Shown here piece after piece: positions 7,298 to 15,976 of a stretch of 64,000 nucleotides of DNA. Below the pieces are notes generated by a model. It was not told where the DNA came from and searched no databases. It was given only the letters and a program-made list of their open reading frames with translations. Source of the DNA: a virus; IMG/VR virus record IMGVR_UViG_3300032322_001011, positions 20,696 to 84,695 of that record. One strand, written 5' to 3'. The position numbers and the translations under genes are program-made. Numbering within the stretch: the stretch's first letter is position 1; each line of letters opens with the position of its first letter.

Positions 7298-9591
7298 TAT
7301 GGCTTCTTTCTACGTGGGTTTTTTGGTTCAGAAGCAGGTGCTGGTGCTGGTGCAGAAGCAGGTGCTGTATTGTTTGTTGTTGGGCGACCTGCACTCTGTG
7401 CATTTTTTGCACGTGGGTGTGAAGGCTGACCAGAACTTGCAGGGCCACCCGTTGAAAGAACGGTTGCTCCCCTGTTTGTTGATGTTGCACGACCAGCAGT
7501 GCTCGCCACTGTTGGGGTAGTGTTAACAGTTCCACCAGTGATGTTTCCAAATGTGGATTCACCAATTACTTGTGGGGCAAAGTTTATGTTTGCGCTGTTA
7601 TTAACATTGATTCCACCGCCGTTGCCACCACCAAAATCACCACGACCAAGGTTTGTTTGATCACCAAAAGTAACTGGTCCTGAAATGTTATAGAACGAAC
7701 CAGAACGACTTGATGGAGCAGACGGAGCAGGCGCTGAAGAACTTGGACCTGCTGGTGCTGGCATTGCACTTGGTTTTCCACCACCTGATACCGATGGGGG
7801 TGTCATTGGTGTATTAGTTGCAGGAGTTGGTGTACCTCCAGCACGACCACCTTTTCCACCACCAAAGAACGTACGCATACGACCACCTAAACCTGGTTTT
7901 GAGGGTGAAGCAGGTGATGCAGGAGTTGGTTCTGTTTCCGAACCCCAATCATAGAAGTTCCCATCAGCAGGGCGTGGAGCACTCTCCGAAGTCCGCATTG
8001 TTCCGCCTTCACGAGCAGTACGAATTTGGCGAATACGCTCTGCGTTTGCCTTAGCCTCTGACGCAGTTCCGTAAACAGGTTCACTCGTTCCGCTCTTGTC
8101 AGTGTTAAGAATGAACTTACTGCCACCGCCAGTTGATGCTTTTGGAGTAGCACGTTCTGCTTCATCAGCATCAGAGCCAAAGCGAATTACACCGACCTCA
8201 TCTCCGTAGGCATCAGCATCCAGTGCTGCTTCTTCTTTATCCCTAACAGCAGCCATTCCTGCTTCGCTCATTGCTTTTTCTTCTGGTGTCATTGAGTCAA
8301 GAAGTGCGCCGTACTTTTCTCGGTAATAACCTGGCTTGTTTTTGTCAGGTGCAGCAGTCTCAGCAGCAGTTTCTGCCGCAGTTGGCTTACTAACATTTGG
8401 AAAGTTGCGCTTCTTTTTAGTTTCGGCAGGTGCTTCCATTGCAGCATCTATCTCAGCCTGCTTCTGTGCAGTTTTTTCTGGGTCGTTAATATCTGCCATG
8501 TACTGTTCTATTGCGGTCTTCTTTGGTTCTTCTGGTGGTCGTGGCTTCTCACGTTGGGCAGAACGCCCTGTAGCAAGTTCTTCTTCAACTGCCTCTGGTG
8601 AACCCACGGCAGGAGCGGAAGGCTTCTTTTTACCCTTACCTTTTGCTTTTGGAGCAGGAGCATCTGCTTCACCATCAGCCACTTCTCTAGTCCCACGGAA
8701 GTCAGGATGTGCTTCAATTTCTGCTTGAAGTTTTTCTCTAGCCTTACCAGTTGCTCTGCGAGTGTTTGATTTACGTGCTTTATCAAGCGCTGCTGCGGCT
8801 TCTGCTTCAGTTCCAGTAATGCCAGGCATTCGGCCTGCGGCAAAATCCTTTTCACTTTGTGAAGGAATGTATTCTGATTCGTTTTTCTTTTTCTTAGCCA
8901 CAGGCTTCTCCGATGCTGAAGGTAATGCAGGTTCTTCTACTTTACCAGTTTTATTAGAAGTATTGAGAAGTGAATCTCTAGAATTCTCGTATGTTTCTTT
9001 TACCTTTAGTCTGTTTGCTTCTCTTTTTTTAGTTTCTTCTGCACCAGCCTTTGTAGGTTTGTGTTCATACAATGGTGTAGTTGGTGGGGGAGTAGGAAAT
9101 CCAGTGCGATAAGAATTAACAGCATTTCCTATCCAGTCTGGGATTTCTCCACCTCTATGATCGTTTTGACCATATAGTTCATGGCCTGGTCCTTCACGAG
9201 TATCGTGTATGTCTAGTCCGTAACTGTAATAGTCATCAGGCCATTGATCAGGATTAACAGGGGTTGTTCGGTGTCCGTGTTCATTGACATTGTATTTTAT
9301 GAAGTTACCTTCTTCATCAATTGGACCTGGACCAACACTACCAAGTGTTCCCCATTGGTACGGTGTTACCATTCCTTTTTCTAAAAGATCGGCTCGTCTG
9401 TCCCATTTTGTTTTAAGCATGTCTTCTTCACCATGCCCTTTTGATTTCCAATATTCATCATGTGATGCACCAGACCTACGATGACGCATACCTAAGAGTT
9501 TGTTAACTTCTGGTACGGGCATAAGGTCTGAAGGATCAACATCAAACCGTGTAAGGTTCGCTAATGGGTTATCTTGTTTTTTCTTAACCAT
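7297..9591 (-). CDS. Large, probably disordered protein (K/E/A/P-rich middle, G/S/P/T-rich C-terminus)
   Basis: 764 aa ORF of low complexity, no recognisable domain. Confidence 0.8.
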   Translation of the reverse strand: MVKKKQDNPLANLTRFDVDPSDLMPVPEVNKLLGMRHRRSGASHDEYWKSKGHGEEDMLKTKWDRRADLLEKGMVTPYQWGTLGSVGPGPIDEEGNFIKYNVNEHGHRTTPVNPDQWPDDYYSYGLDIHDTREGPGHELYGQNDHRGGEIPDWIGNAVNSYRTGFPTPPPTTPLYEHKPTKAGAEETKKREANRLKVKETYENSRDSLLNTSNKTGKVEEPALPSASEKPVAKKKKNESEYIPSQSEKDFAAGRMPGITGTEAEAAAALDKARKSNTRRATGKAREKLQAEIEAHPDFRGTREVADGEADAPAPKAKGKGKKKPSAPAVGSPEAVEEELATGRSAQREKPRPPEEPKKTAIEQYMADINDPEKTAQKQAEIDAAMEAPAETKKKRNFPNVSKPTAAETAAETAAPDKNKPGYYREKYGALLDSMTPEEKAMSEAGMAAVRDKEEAALDADAYGDEVGVIRFGSDADEAERATPKASTGGGSKFILNTDKSGTSEPVYGTASEAKANAERIRQIRTAREGGTMRTSESAPRPADGNFYDWGSETEPTPASPASPSKPGLGGRMRTFFGGGKGGRAGGTPTPATNTPMTPPSVSGGGKPSAMPAPAGPSSSAPAPSAPSSRSGSFYNISGPVTFGDQTNLGRGDFGGGNGGGINVNNSANINFAPQVIGESTFGNITGGTVNTTPTVASTAGRATSTNRGATVLSTGGPASSGQPSHPRAKNAQSAGRPTTNNTAPASAPAPAPASEPKNPRRKKP

Positions 9592-9599
9592 ATACAGCC

Positions 9600-10214
9600 T
9601 TAGTCAAATAAAGATGGTTGTTGAAATACAGGAAATTGTTGAGCAGAAATATGAGTTTTAGCGTTTGCTACAGAGTTATCACTTATGGATTTTGTTACTG
9701 GTCCATATTTTTTAGATCCTTCAAGTTCTTCTTTTGGCTTTAACAAATCACCTGCTGGTTCATACGTTCCAGGAGATGTTTCTTTAAAGTTCCATTCACC
9801 ATTCCCACGCATTCCCCACCAACTACGCATACCGTGTGGTTTAAGTTGCTTTATGATTTCAGCACCTTTGCGCTCTGCCATACTTTCAAAATCTGAAAAA
9901 GGAACACCATTTTCTTTGTGCATCCTTGTTGCCATATCTTCTAAATGAAGTTGGTTTTCACGGTGAGTGCTGTATTTTTCCCAAAAGTCATCGTCTGAAC
10001 CATCACCAATAAATGCGCTATTTGATTTACTGACTGCTTCCATTGCATTTTTATACTCAGGATTAACTTTGCTAAATGCTTGATCCCGTAATTCAGTTGC
10101 CAACCATAGTTTGTGGCTTTTACCCCAAGAATCTTCTTGTTCTTGTGTTTTTGAAGGAGTCCAATATGCGGCTTCGCCAGTACCCTTTTTAGACCGTTTT
10201 TTCTTTTCAGCCAT
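9600..10214 (-). CDS. Hypothetical protein with basic N-terminus and HISAQQF...QPSLFD tail
   Basis: 204 aa ORF. Confidence 0.75.
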   Translation of the reverse strand: MAEKKKRSKKGTGEAAYWTPSKTQEQEDSWGKSHKLWLATELRDQAFSKVNPEYKNAMEAVSKSNSAFIGDGSDDDFWEKYSTHRENQLHLEDMATRMHKENGVPFSDFESMAERKGAEIIKQLKPHGMRSWWGMRGNGEWNFKETSPGTYEPAGDLLKPKEELEGSKKYGPVTKSISDNSVANAKTHISAQQFPVFQQPSLFD

Positions 10215-10217
10215 TAT

Positions 10218-10718
10218 TTATCTCCAAGAAGGGCGAAGCGATTGGAGTTTGGCACGGCGTTCAGCGTCAATATAGTCTTGATTAGGTTGGTCAATAACCC
10301 GTGGGATTCCTTTAGGACCAACTTTTCCGTCATTAGTCAATTGTACAGGCACTGCGCCTGGGGGTGCGAATTTCTGACCTCGTGACTCATGGGCGATCCC
10401 AGTCCAAAGATTGAACTCGTTAGGCCATAGGTAATCGCCTTGGTTAATACGCTCACCTTTGTGGACACCACGAGAATATTGACGGGCGTTATTGCGACTA
10501 AGCGTTCCAAGAATCTTGTCTTGTCGGCGGTTAGACGACATTGTTCCAAGGTATCCGTCTGGATACGTAGTATCTGAGATAGTCCGATAACCAGCAAGTT
10601 GATAATCCTTGTTGTTACGGAAAACAGGAGCAGGACCAAATTGGTTTTGGGTTGCACCACCAGAAGCCTCAGATGGGCCTTGCCAATGGTTAAACGAGGT
10701 CTGCGAAGACCCAGCCAT
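10218..10718 (-). CDS. Hypothetical phage protein
   Basis: 166 aa; YPDGYLGT and YSRGVHKGERI segments; TAATG-coupled. Confidence 0.75.
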   Translation of the reverse strand: MAGSSQTSFNHWQGPSEASGGATQNQFGPAPVFRNNKDYQLAGYRTISDTTYPDGYLGTMSSNRRQDKILGTLSRNNARQYSRGVHKGERINQGDYLWPNEFNLWTGIAHESRGQKFAPPGAVPVQLTNDGKVGPKGIPRVIDQPNQDYIDAERRAKLQSLRPSWR

Positions 10719-10930
10719 TAGTTGTACCAGCCGTTCCTGTACCTATTTTCACGAGACTCTTCATATGATTCTTGATACTCAAAAGGCTTTCTAGGTGGCT
10801 GCTCGTTATCGCCATACCCACCAGTCTTAGTTCCTGGTTTCTTAGGTGGAGTCGTACCACTACCACCAGTAGAAGTTTGTGGACCTACTTGGCGCTTAGG
10901 GTGATTGCGAGTATCTTGTCCTTTAGGCAT
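10718..10930 (-). CDS. MPRG-leader family protein 5
   Basis: MPKGQDTRNHPKRQVG leader; TAATG-coupled on both sides. Confidence 0.8.
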   Translation of the reverse strand: MPKGQDTRNHPKRQVGPQTSTGGSGTTPPKKPGTKTGGYGDNEQPPRKPFEYQESYEESRENRYRNGWYN

Positions 10931-11052
10931 TAAATTGTTCCGATGCTAGTAATGAACCCACCAGCCGCACCTGCCGCAGAGGTGATGGGGCGTGGGGCAT
11001 CCTTTTTAGGAGCAACTTTCTTTTTAGCAGCCTTTTTCTTCTTAGCAGCCAT
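10930..11052 (-). CDS. 40 aa Lys/Ala-rich histone-H1-like peptide (not in ORF track)
   Basis: MAAKKKKAAKKKVAPKKDAPRPITSAAGAAGGFITSIGTI; TAATG overlaps at both ends. Confidence 0.7.
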   Translation of the reverse strand: MAAKKKKAAKKKVAPKKDAPRPITSAAGAAGGFITSIGTI

Positions 11053-11231
11053 TAGTAACCTTGACTATCGGACCATCTATTATCTCGGAAACGTAAAGCA
11101 GCATCACGTGCATCTCTTGCCGTATCAGTCGTGTTTATTGGGGCAGATGTATTATGCGCTTGGTCAACTTGGCGGCGAGCCTTACGACCACCGTACTTAA
11201 GTGTTTCAGCAGTTCTTGGGCGATTACGCAT
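11052..11231 (-). CDS. 59 aa Arg-rich protein (not in ORF track)
   Basis: MRNRPRTAETLKYGGRKARRQVDQ...RWSDSQGY; TAATG overlaps at both ends. Confidence 0.7.
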   Translation of the reverse strand: MRNRPRTAETLKYGGRKARRQVDQAHNTSAPINTTDTARDARDAALRFRDNRWSDSQGY

Positions 11232-11791
11232 TACTTTCCCATTCGCCCACGGTTTTGACCTTGACGGTACTTTTGTTCACCCTTAGCACCACCTGCAAGG
11301 TACGCAGATTCGCTACCAGATGGTTTTTCCGCAAAGGAATCACCGTCTTTAAGACCAAGCATTTTGTTATTTTTCATGCGCCTTGTTTCGTCTGCTTTAG
11401 CAACATCAAATGATTGTCCTGCGGCTTTTGACTCAGCCATTACTTTAGGACTGTTTACGTTCTTCAAAGCCTTTGCAGTCTTTTTCTTGTCTTTAAGAAT
11501 TGCCTTACCTTCTGGGGAACCTGGTTCATGGTAAGTGGTGTATTCAGCACCAATCTTTACCCTCTCCCTTGGATTCATTGCATCTGAACCATCTGGTTTG
11601 ATGTAGCCAGAGTGTGCTGGTTTTGGTGCAGCATCACGGTCTGCACGGCGCTGGGTCATTGCCTGTGTAGTGTTTTGGCTGTCGTCACGCACCGTGTGGG
11701 TATCTACTTTTGCACCCACTCGTGGGCGGTGTGCGCCACTGTTTGCGTACGGGGTGATCCCGTTTACCTTGTCACGATTAAACCAGCCCAT
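11231..11791 (-). CDS. Basic, probably disordered hypothetical protein
   Basis: 186 aa, K/R/G-rich; GAGGT RBS. Confidence 0.75.
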   Translation of the reverse strand: MGWFNRDKVNGITPYANSGAHRPRVGAKVDTHTVRDDSQNTTQAMTQRRADRDAAPKPAHSGYIKPDGSDAMNPRERVKIGAEYTTYHEPGSPEGKAILKDKKKTAKALKNVNSPKVMAESKAAGQSFDVAKADETRRMKNNKMLGLKDGDSFAEKPSGSESAYLAGGAKGEQKYRQGQNRGRMGK

Positions 11792-11794
11792 GTT

Positions 11795-12085
11795 CTACCT
11801 CACTACGGGTTTGAAGGATATAGCGGAGATATTCTCTCCATTCTCTCCAATAATATCATCAAAGCCAACAACAAAAGATAGGTCAATGCCACGTGGGGCA
11901 ACAAAGCCTCGTGCGATAGCACAGGCTTTAGCGGCTTGATTTACAGCGCTTGCGCCAATAGCCCGAATCTTGGGCAAATGACCAGCCACAATAGAACGAG
12001 CAAGGATAGAACCCACACTCTGGGGGTTACTTGATCCTGATACTTTCAGGACATCTTCAACTTTTGTATTCAATTCTTGGGACAT
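11795..12085 (-). CDS. spoVS: Stage V sporulation protein S family (Alba-like fold)
   Basis: VLKVSGSSNPQSV..ILA...IRAIGASAVNQAAKACAIARGFVAPRGIDL...F.DI...GE.ISAI signature; AGGAG RBS. Confidence 0.92.
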   Translation of the reverse strand: MSQELNTKVEDVLKVSGSSNPQSVGSILARSIVAGHLPKIRAIGASAVNQAAKACAIARGFVAPRGIDLSFVVGFDDIIGENGENISAISFKPVVR

Positions 12086-12127
12086 ATTGACTCCTAGTTA
12101 GGTAAACAGTTGTCCCAATAATATCAT

Positions 12128-12499
12128 TTATGCGTAACCAGCATCCTTGAGCAATTTAAGCATGTCTTCTAACGGCATAATTGCATAGGATTCACCAACA
12201 GCAGCAGCACCTTTTCCTGGTCGTTTAACCACCAATAGAGGTACTCCACAAGTCAATCTAGATGCCTGCTCCACAGTGGCATTGAGCCATTCACTTAGTT
12301 TGAATGACTTCTGATTCTTGCACTGAATGGCAAGTTCTTTGGCAGGTATCTCACGAGCCTGAACCACACCGTGGATGTCACCAGCATCATTCTCCCCAGC
12401 AAGGGCTGTGCGGCGAGCATTACAGAAATCTTGCTCTTTGAGGTAGTTAACAATAAGGGTTTCAAACGATGTCCCTTTTGCTTTGTGTTTATTTCCCAT
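12128..12499 (-). CDS. Holliday junction resolvase (Hjc-like PD-(D/E)XK)
   Basis: KAKGTSFE...DAGDIHG...AIQCKN. Confidence 0.8.
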   Translation of the reverse strand: MGNKHKAKGTSFETLIVNYLKEQDFCNARRTALAGENDAGDIHGVVQAREIPAKELAIQCKNQKSFKLSEWLNATVEQASRLTCGVPLLVVKRPGKGAAAVGESYAIMPLEDMLKLLKDAGYA

Positions 12500-12540
12500 C
12501 TGGGTCTATCTCCGAATTTTGGTGTGTGGGTACAAACTTT

Positions 12541-13011
12541 TTATGGCGTAAATCTGTGTTGGCGAAGTTCCTTGCCTGACATACCAATGCGGCGTGACAG
12601 TTCACGGGAAACTACTTGAGCACCACGTTCGCAGCGATCAAACACAGTGTCTACCAACTTACGGTACGCACGTTTCTGTGTGTGTACTTCAATCTGATCT
12701 TGGATCTTTGGGTCAACATCTCGCTTGGCTTTAGCCACGGTAACCAGATCACCCTTAGCCTTGTCACCCCACTGCTCAATCAATACAGATGACTGTAGGT
12801 ACTCAAGGATGTTGCGCTCACGTTCTTCTGAAATCTCAGCCTGAACTAGTTGAGCCTTGGCATAGACCAACCATGCCATAAAGTCGGTGTACAACTCCAT
12901 AAGATCGGAGTCTCCGATGTCTCCAATGTTACGAGGAAGTTCGGGGAGTAGTCCCTTTGGCTTTTCTGGTAACGGGAAGTTTTGTTTGAACAGTTCCATC
13001 TCTGGATTCAT
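12541..13011 (-). CDS. Coiled-coil protein, possibly UvsY-like recombination mediator
   Basis: Long amphipathic helices ending SRELSRR; lies in the RecA operon. Confidence 0.4.
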   Translation of the reverse strand: MNPEMELFKQNFPLPEKPKGLLPELPRNIGDIGDSDLMELYTDFMAWLVYAKAQLVQAEISEERERNILEYLQSSVLIEQWGDKAKGDLVTVAKAKRDVDPKIQDQIEVHTQKRAYRKLVDTVFDRCERGAQVVSRELSRRIGMSGKELRQHRFTP

Positions 13012-13882
13012 CGTCTAGTCTCCAACATGTGTTTTTATAAGGACAGTATTTGCAACCATTGCATGTGGGTTCTTCTGCCCACATTGGTCGCATTGGTGGA
13101 ATATCTCCGTTCAATGCTGACATAAGTCGCTTGCAGTTGTCAAGCATTGGTTGCACTAATTCTGGAGTAAACCCAACTACAAACTCTTTGACTTCTTGTG
13201 TTGGTTTCCATTCGTATAGAAATGTCATTTGGTGGATACCAGTGCAATACATATACAACAAACCTTGACGTATATGGCTTGCAAAAGGTTGACGAATCTT
13301 TTTCCACAAACCATCAAGTGTTATTTCACCCTTTTGATATGCGTAATACAAATCGGGGGCTTCAAAACGAACTGAACCAAGGCCAACTGATTTAATCTCA
13401 ATCAAGGTACGACCTTGCTTATCGTTAACAATACCGTCAGCATGACCAAGAATGTGGTGTTCTTCGTTACTAATTGGAACTTCACGGTAAATAGGTTTTG
13501 GAGTTCCGCATGATGGACACTTCTCTGGACTCACCGCTTCCCATTTGTGGTTACAAATATCGTTCTTACATTGCCACAAACCTTCAAGAACACCAGCGTT
13601 GTTCAACCAGTCCTGCCATTTAGCGTGAATGTAGTGACCCTCAGCAAACACATTCAAGCGCTGAAACGAAAAGTTGTCTGGGTCTTTAGGATGCTTCTTA
13701 ATGGTGTACCAATTAGAACGTGGACACCAATCACGCTTTGCTAAATCGCTTGGGTGAATGTGATCTGTATCCCGTGTGGACTCCTTGACATTACGATCTT
13801 TTAGGATCTGCATAGCCACAGTAGGAAGCACACGACCATTCATGGTCAGCAACTTCTTGTAGTCATGCATCTCACTCATCAA
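12929..13882 (-). CDS. Cas4-like PD-(D/E)XK exonuclease with Fe-S cysteines and a Zn-ribbon insert
   Basis: HPSDL...WCPR, GHADG...IEIKS, QGLLYM, CKYCPYKNTC. Confidence 0.85.
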   Translation of the reverse strand: MMSEMHDYKKLLTMNGRVLPTVAMQILKDRNVKESTRDTDHIHPSDLAKRDWCPRSNWYTIKKHPKDPDNFSFQRLNVFAEGHYIHAKWQDWLNNAGVLEGLWQCKNDICNHKWEAVSPEKCPSCGTPKPIYREVPISNEEHHILGHADGIVNDKQGRTLIEIKSVGLGSVRFEAPDLYYAYQKGEITLDGLWKKIRQPFASHIRQGLLYMYCTGIHQMTFLYEWKPTQEVKEFVVGFTPELVQPMLDNCKRLMSALNGDIPPMRPMWAEEPTCNGCKYCPYKNTCWRLDDESRDGTVQTKLPVTRKAKGTTPRTSS

Positions 13883-14210
13883 TCATCTCCAAGAAATCGT
13901 CTTCGGGTATAACTACATAGCGTCTGCCGCCAATATCAAACTGCAACACAGGAACTCTTTCTTCAATGATCGCTCGCTCACGTAACTCAACAAGGTCAAG
14001 AGCCTTAATAGTTATTTGAGTTAATCCTGTCGTGAGTTTGTTTTCAATGAGGAAGTTTTCCGAACGAACATCATTCTTGCGAAGCCAACCAGCACCAGAG
14101 CGAGCATTACGAGATCCCTTATACGCAGTAGCGGTTCGCTTCTCTTGTTTAACAGACGCTTTATTAATGTTTCTTCGGTCATCTGCTGGGTCCTTTCCTA
14201 TAATCTTCAC
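13872..14210 (-). CDS. Small PD-(D/E)XK nuclease / resolvase-like
   Basis: QEKRTA...SGAGWLRKNDV...FLIENK. Confidence 0.7.
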   Translation of the reverse strand: MKIIGKDPADDRRNINKASVKQEKRTATAYKGSRNARSGAGWLRKNDVRSENFLIENKLTTGLTQITIKALDLVELRERAIIEERVPVLQFDIGGRRYVVIPEDDFLEMIDE

Positions 14211-15229
14211 CGTGCAACACCGTAGTGGGCTTCAACCTTGGCAATCAAATCTTTCTGCATGTCAAGGTCTTCACGGAATGCATCAAGCATCTTGTCTTTA
14301 CCTTGCCAGCGACCCTCACCAAATGAATAGTACGCACCAGCACGAGTAATGATGTCAATAGCAATACCGATATTCAACATGTCTTTGAGAGTGTCGTAGT
14401 CACCTTTCTCAAACCCTTGTGTGTCTGCAAAATAAAAGTCAATGATCGCACTTTGGTTAGGGCGATAAGTCTTGTTCTTGAGTGTACGAGCCTTGATGGT
14501 TTGACCAACAACTTCATCTTTGTCTTTTAGCCATTCGTCACGCTTTACTTCAACACGGCAGAAGTAAGCAAAGTTCTTTGCCAGCCCACCTGGTGTTGTG
14601 CGTGGGTCACCCCACATAACACCAATCTTTTGTCTCCATTGGTTGATCATCAATCCAGTGCAGTTGCGCTCATCGGTAATAAGTGAACGCTTCTGTGCCT
14701 CTGATGACTTGCGGAAGAACTTAGATGTAAGACGAGCACCAAGACCTACAGTGAACTCTTCCATCATCTTTTCAGATTCATCGTCTGGAACAAGTGCAGG
14801 TAGTGAGTCAATAACAATCATGTCAACAGCACGATTAGCCATGACATTGATAACCAAGTTGTACGCCTGCTCCATGATGTTGGTTTCAACAATCCACAGA
14901 CGTTCTAGGTCAACACCTATAGACTCTGCATAATCAGGAACAAACTCTTCGGCAGCAATCCACAAAGCAATAAAGTCTGGGTTGAGTGCTTGGTTAGTTG
15001 CAATAGTTTTAAACGCAAGAGCGGTTTTACCAGATGACTCTTCACCAATGATTTCGCTCCATTGGTTTACGGGCCAACCACCACCAAGCATGAGGTCGTA
15101 GGACAAGATACCTGTAGAGATACGCTCTAACTTGCCACGGGTTTCACTACCCTTAACAATTGTTCCTGCACCATATTGTTTGTTAACCGAATTAATGATT
15201 GAAGACAGACTGTCCCAATTGTTTTCCAC
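14207..15229 (-). CDS. recA: RecA recombinase
   Basis: STGILSYDLMLGGG, Walker A GEESSGKT, IVIDSL, INQWRQKIGVMWGDPRTTPGG, AGAYYSF. Confidence 0.96.
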   Translation of the reverse strand: MENNWDSLSSIINSVNKQYGAGTIVKGSETRGKLERISTGILSYDLMLGGGWPVNQWSEIIGEESSGKTALAFKTIATNQALNPDFIALWIAAEEFVPDYAESIGVDLERLWIVETNIMEQAYNLVINVMANRAVDMIVIDSLPALVPDDESEKMMEEFTVGLGARLTSKFFRKSSEAQKRSLITDERNCTGLMINQWRQKIGVMWGDPRTTPGGLAKNFAYFCRVEVKRDEWLKDKDEVVGQTIKARTLKNKTYRPNQSAIIDFYFADTQGFEKGDYDTLKDMLNIGIAIDIITRAGAYYSFGEGRWQGKDKMLDAFREDLDMQKDLIAKVEAHYGVAR

Positions 15230-15237
15230 GTATACTC

Positions 15238-15615
15238 CTATACCCAGTTTGATTGTTCACCTTGATCATACAGGGAGTTCCACCCACATTGAAAGCATCT
15301 TGGAGCAGGAACTTTTCCACCTGCTGATGCATTTGATCTACTAAATACGTTACTACTTCCGCATCGTGGACAAGTTTGGTTACCATCAACACGATGTGCT
15401 TCTCCACCTTTCCAAGAACGAATGGCAGTACCCATGTCAGTTTGACCGTTAGGATCAGCCTGTTGAGCAACCTGTGTTTGATGCTGTAACGGCGACTGCA
15501 TTACACGTTGTTGCGCTTGCTGTTGTAGTGCAGGCAAAACTACTCGCTCAGACGGTAACGCCCTACGTTCTTCTTGGGGTGCGTTGTTTAACTTCCTATC
15601 CCACCAACTGCTCAT
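15238..15615 (-). CDS. Zn-ribbon protein
   Basis: CPRCGS...RCFQCGW. Confidence 0.7.
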   Translation of the reverse strand: MSSWWDRKLNNAPQEERRALPSERVVLPALQQQAQQRVMQSPLQHQTQVAQQADPNGQTDMGTAIRSWKGGEAHRVDGNQTCPRCGSSNVFSRSNASAGGKVPAPRCFQCGWNSLYDQGEQSNWV

Positions 15616-15625
15616 TATTGTTTCC

Positions 15626-15976
15626 TTATTCTAACGGAGAGATTATCGCAATCATTTGATTTTCTAATAGTTTTTGAACAAGTGCCATTCCATAAGAAAT
15701 TAACACATTCTTTGAACTTTCAACCGCAGCCAAAGGTGGTAATTCCTCGTCATCTAGGCTAGTGGTTAGAACCTCTGTAAACCAATCAACTGACTCAGCA
15801 ATCTCATCAAAGATTCCAAAGTCATGTAGGAGTTCCCACTGCTCATCAATCTGTTGTTGCTCTAATTCCTGAACATCTTCAGAAGATGGGGTAAAGCCTA
15901 ACTTTACAGCAACGTCTTGCCCTGATGGAATGGAAAGCATAAGACAGAAGTTTCTTTTCTCAGTAATAAGATTCAT
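15626..15976 (-). CDS. Hypothetical acidic protein
   Basis: 116 aa ORF overlapping the polymerase stop. Confidence 0.65.
   Translation of the reverse strand: MNLITEKRNFCLMLSIPSGQDVAVKLGFTPSSEDVQELEQQQIDEQWELLHDFGIFDEIAESVDWFTEVLTTSLDDEELPPLAAVESSKNVLISYGMALVQKLLENQMIAIISPLE

Noticed and set aside
12929-13882. Cas4-like gene as evidence of a CRISPR system
   Set aside because: No repeat-spacer array or other cas genes seen; standalone Cas4-like exonucleases are common in phage recombination modules.
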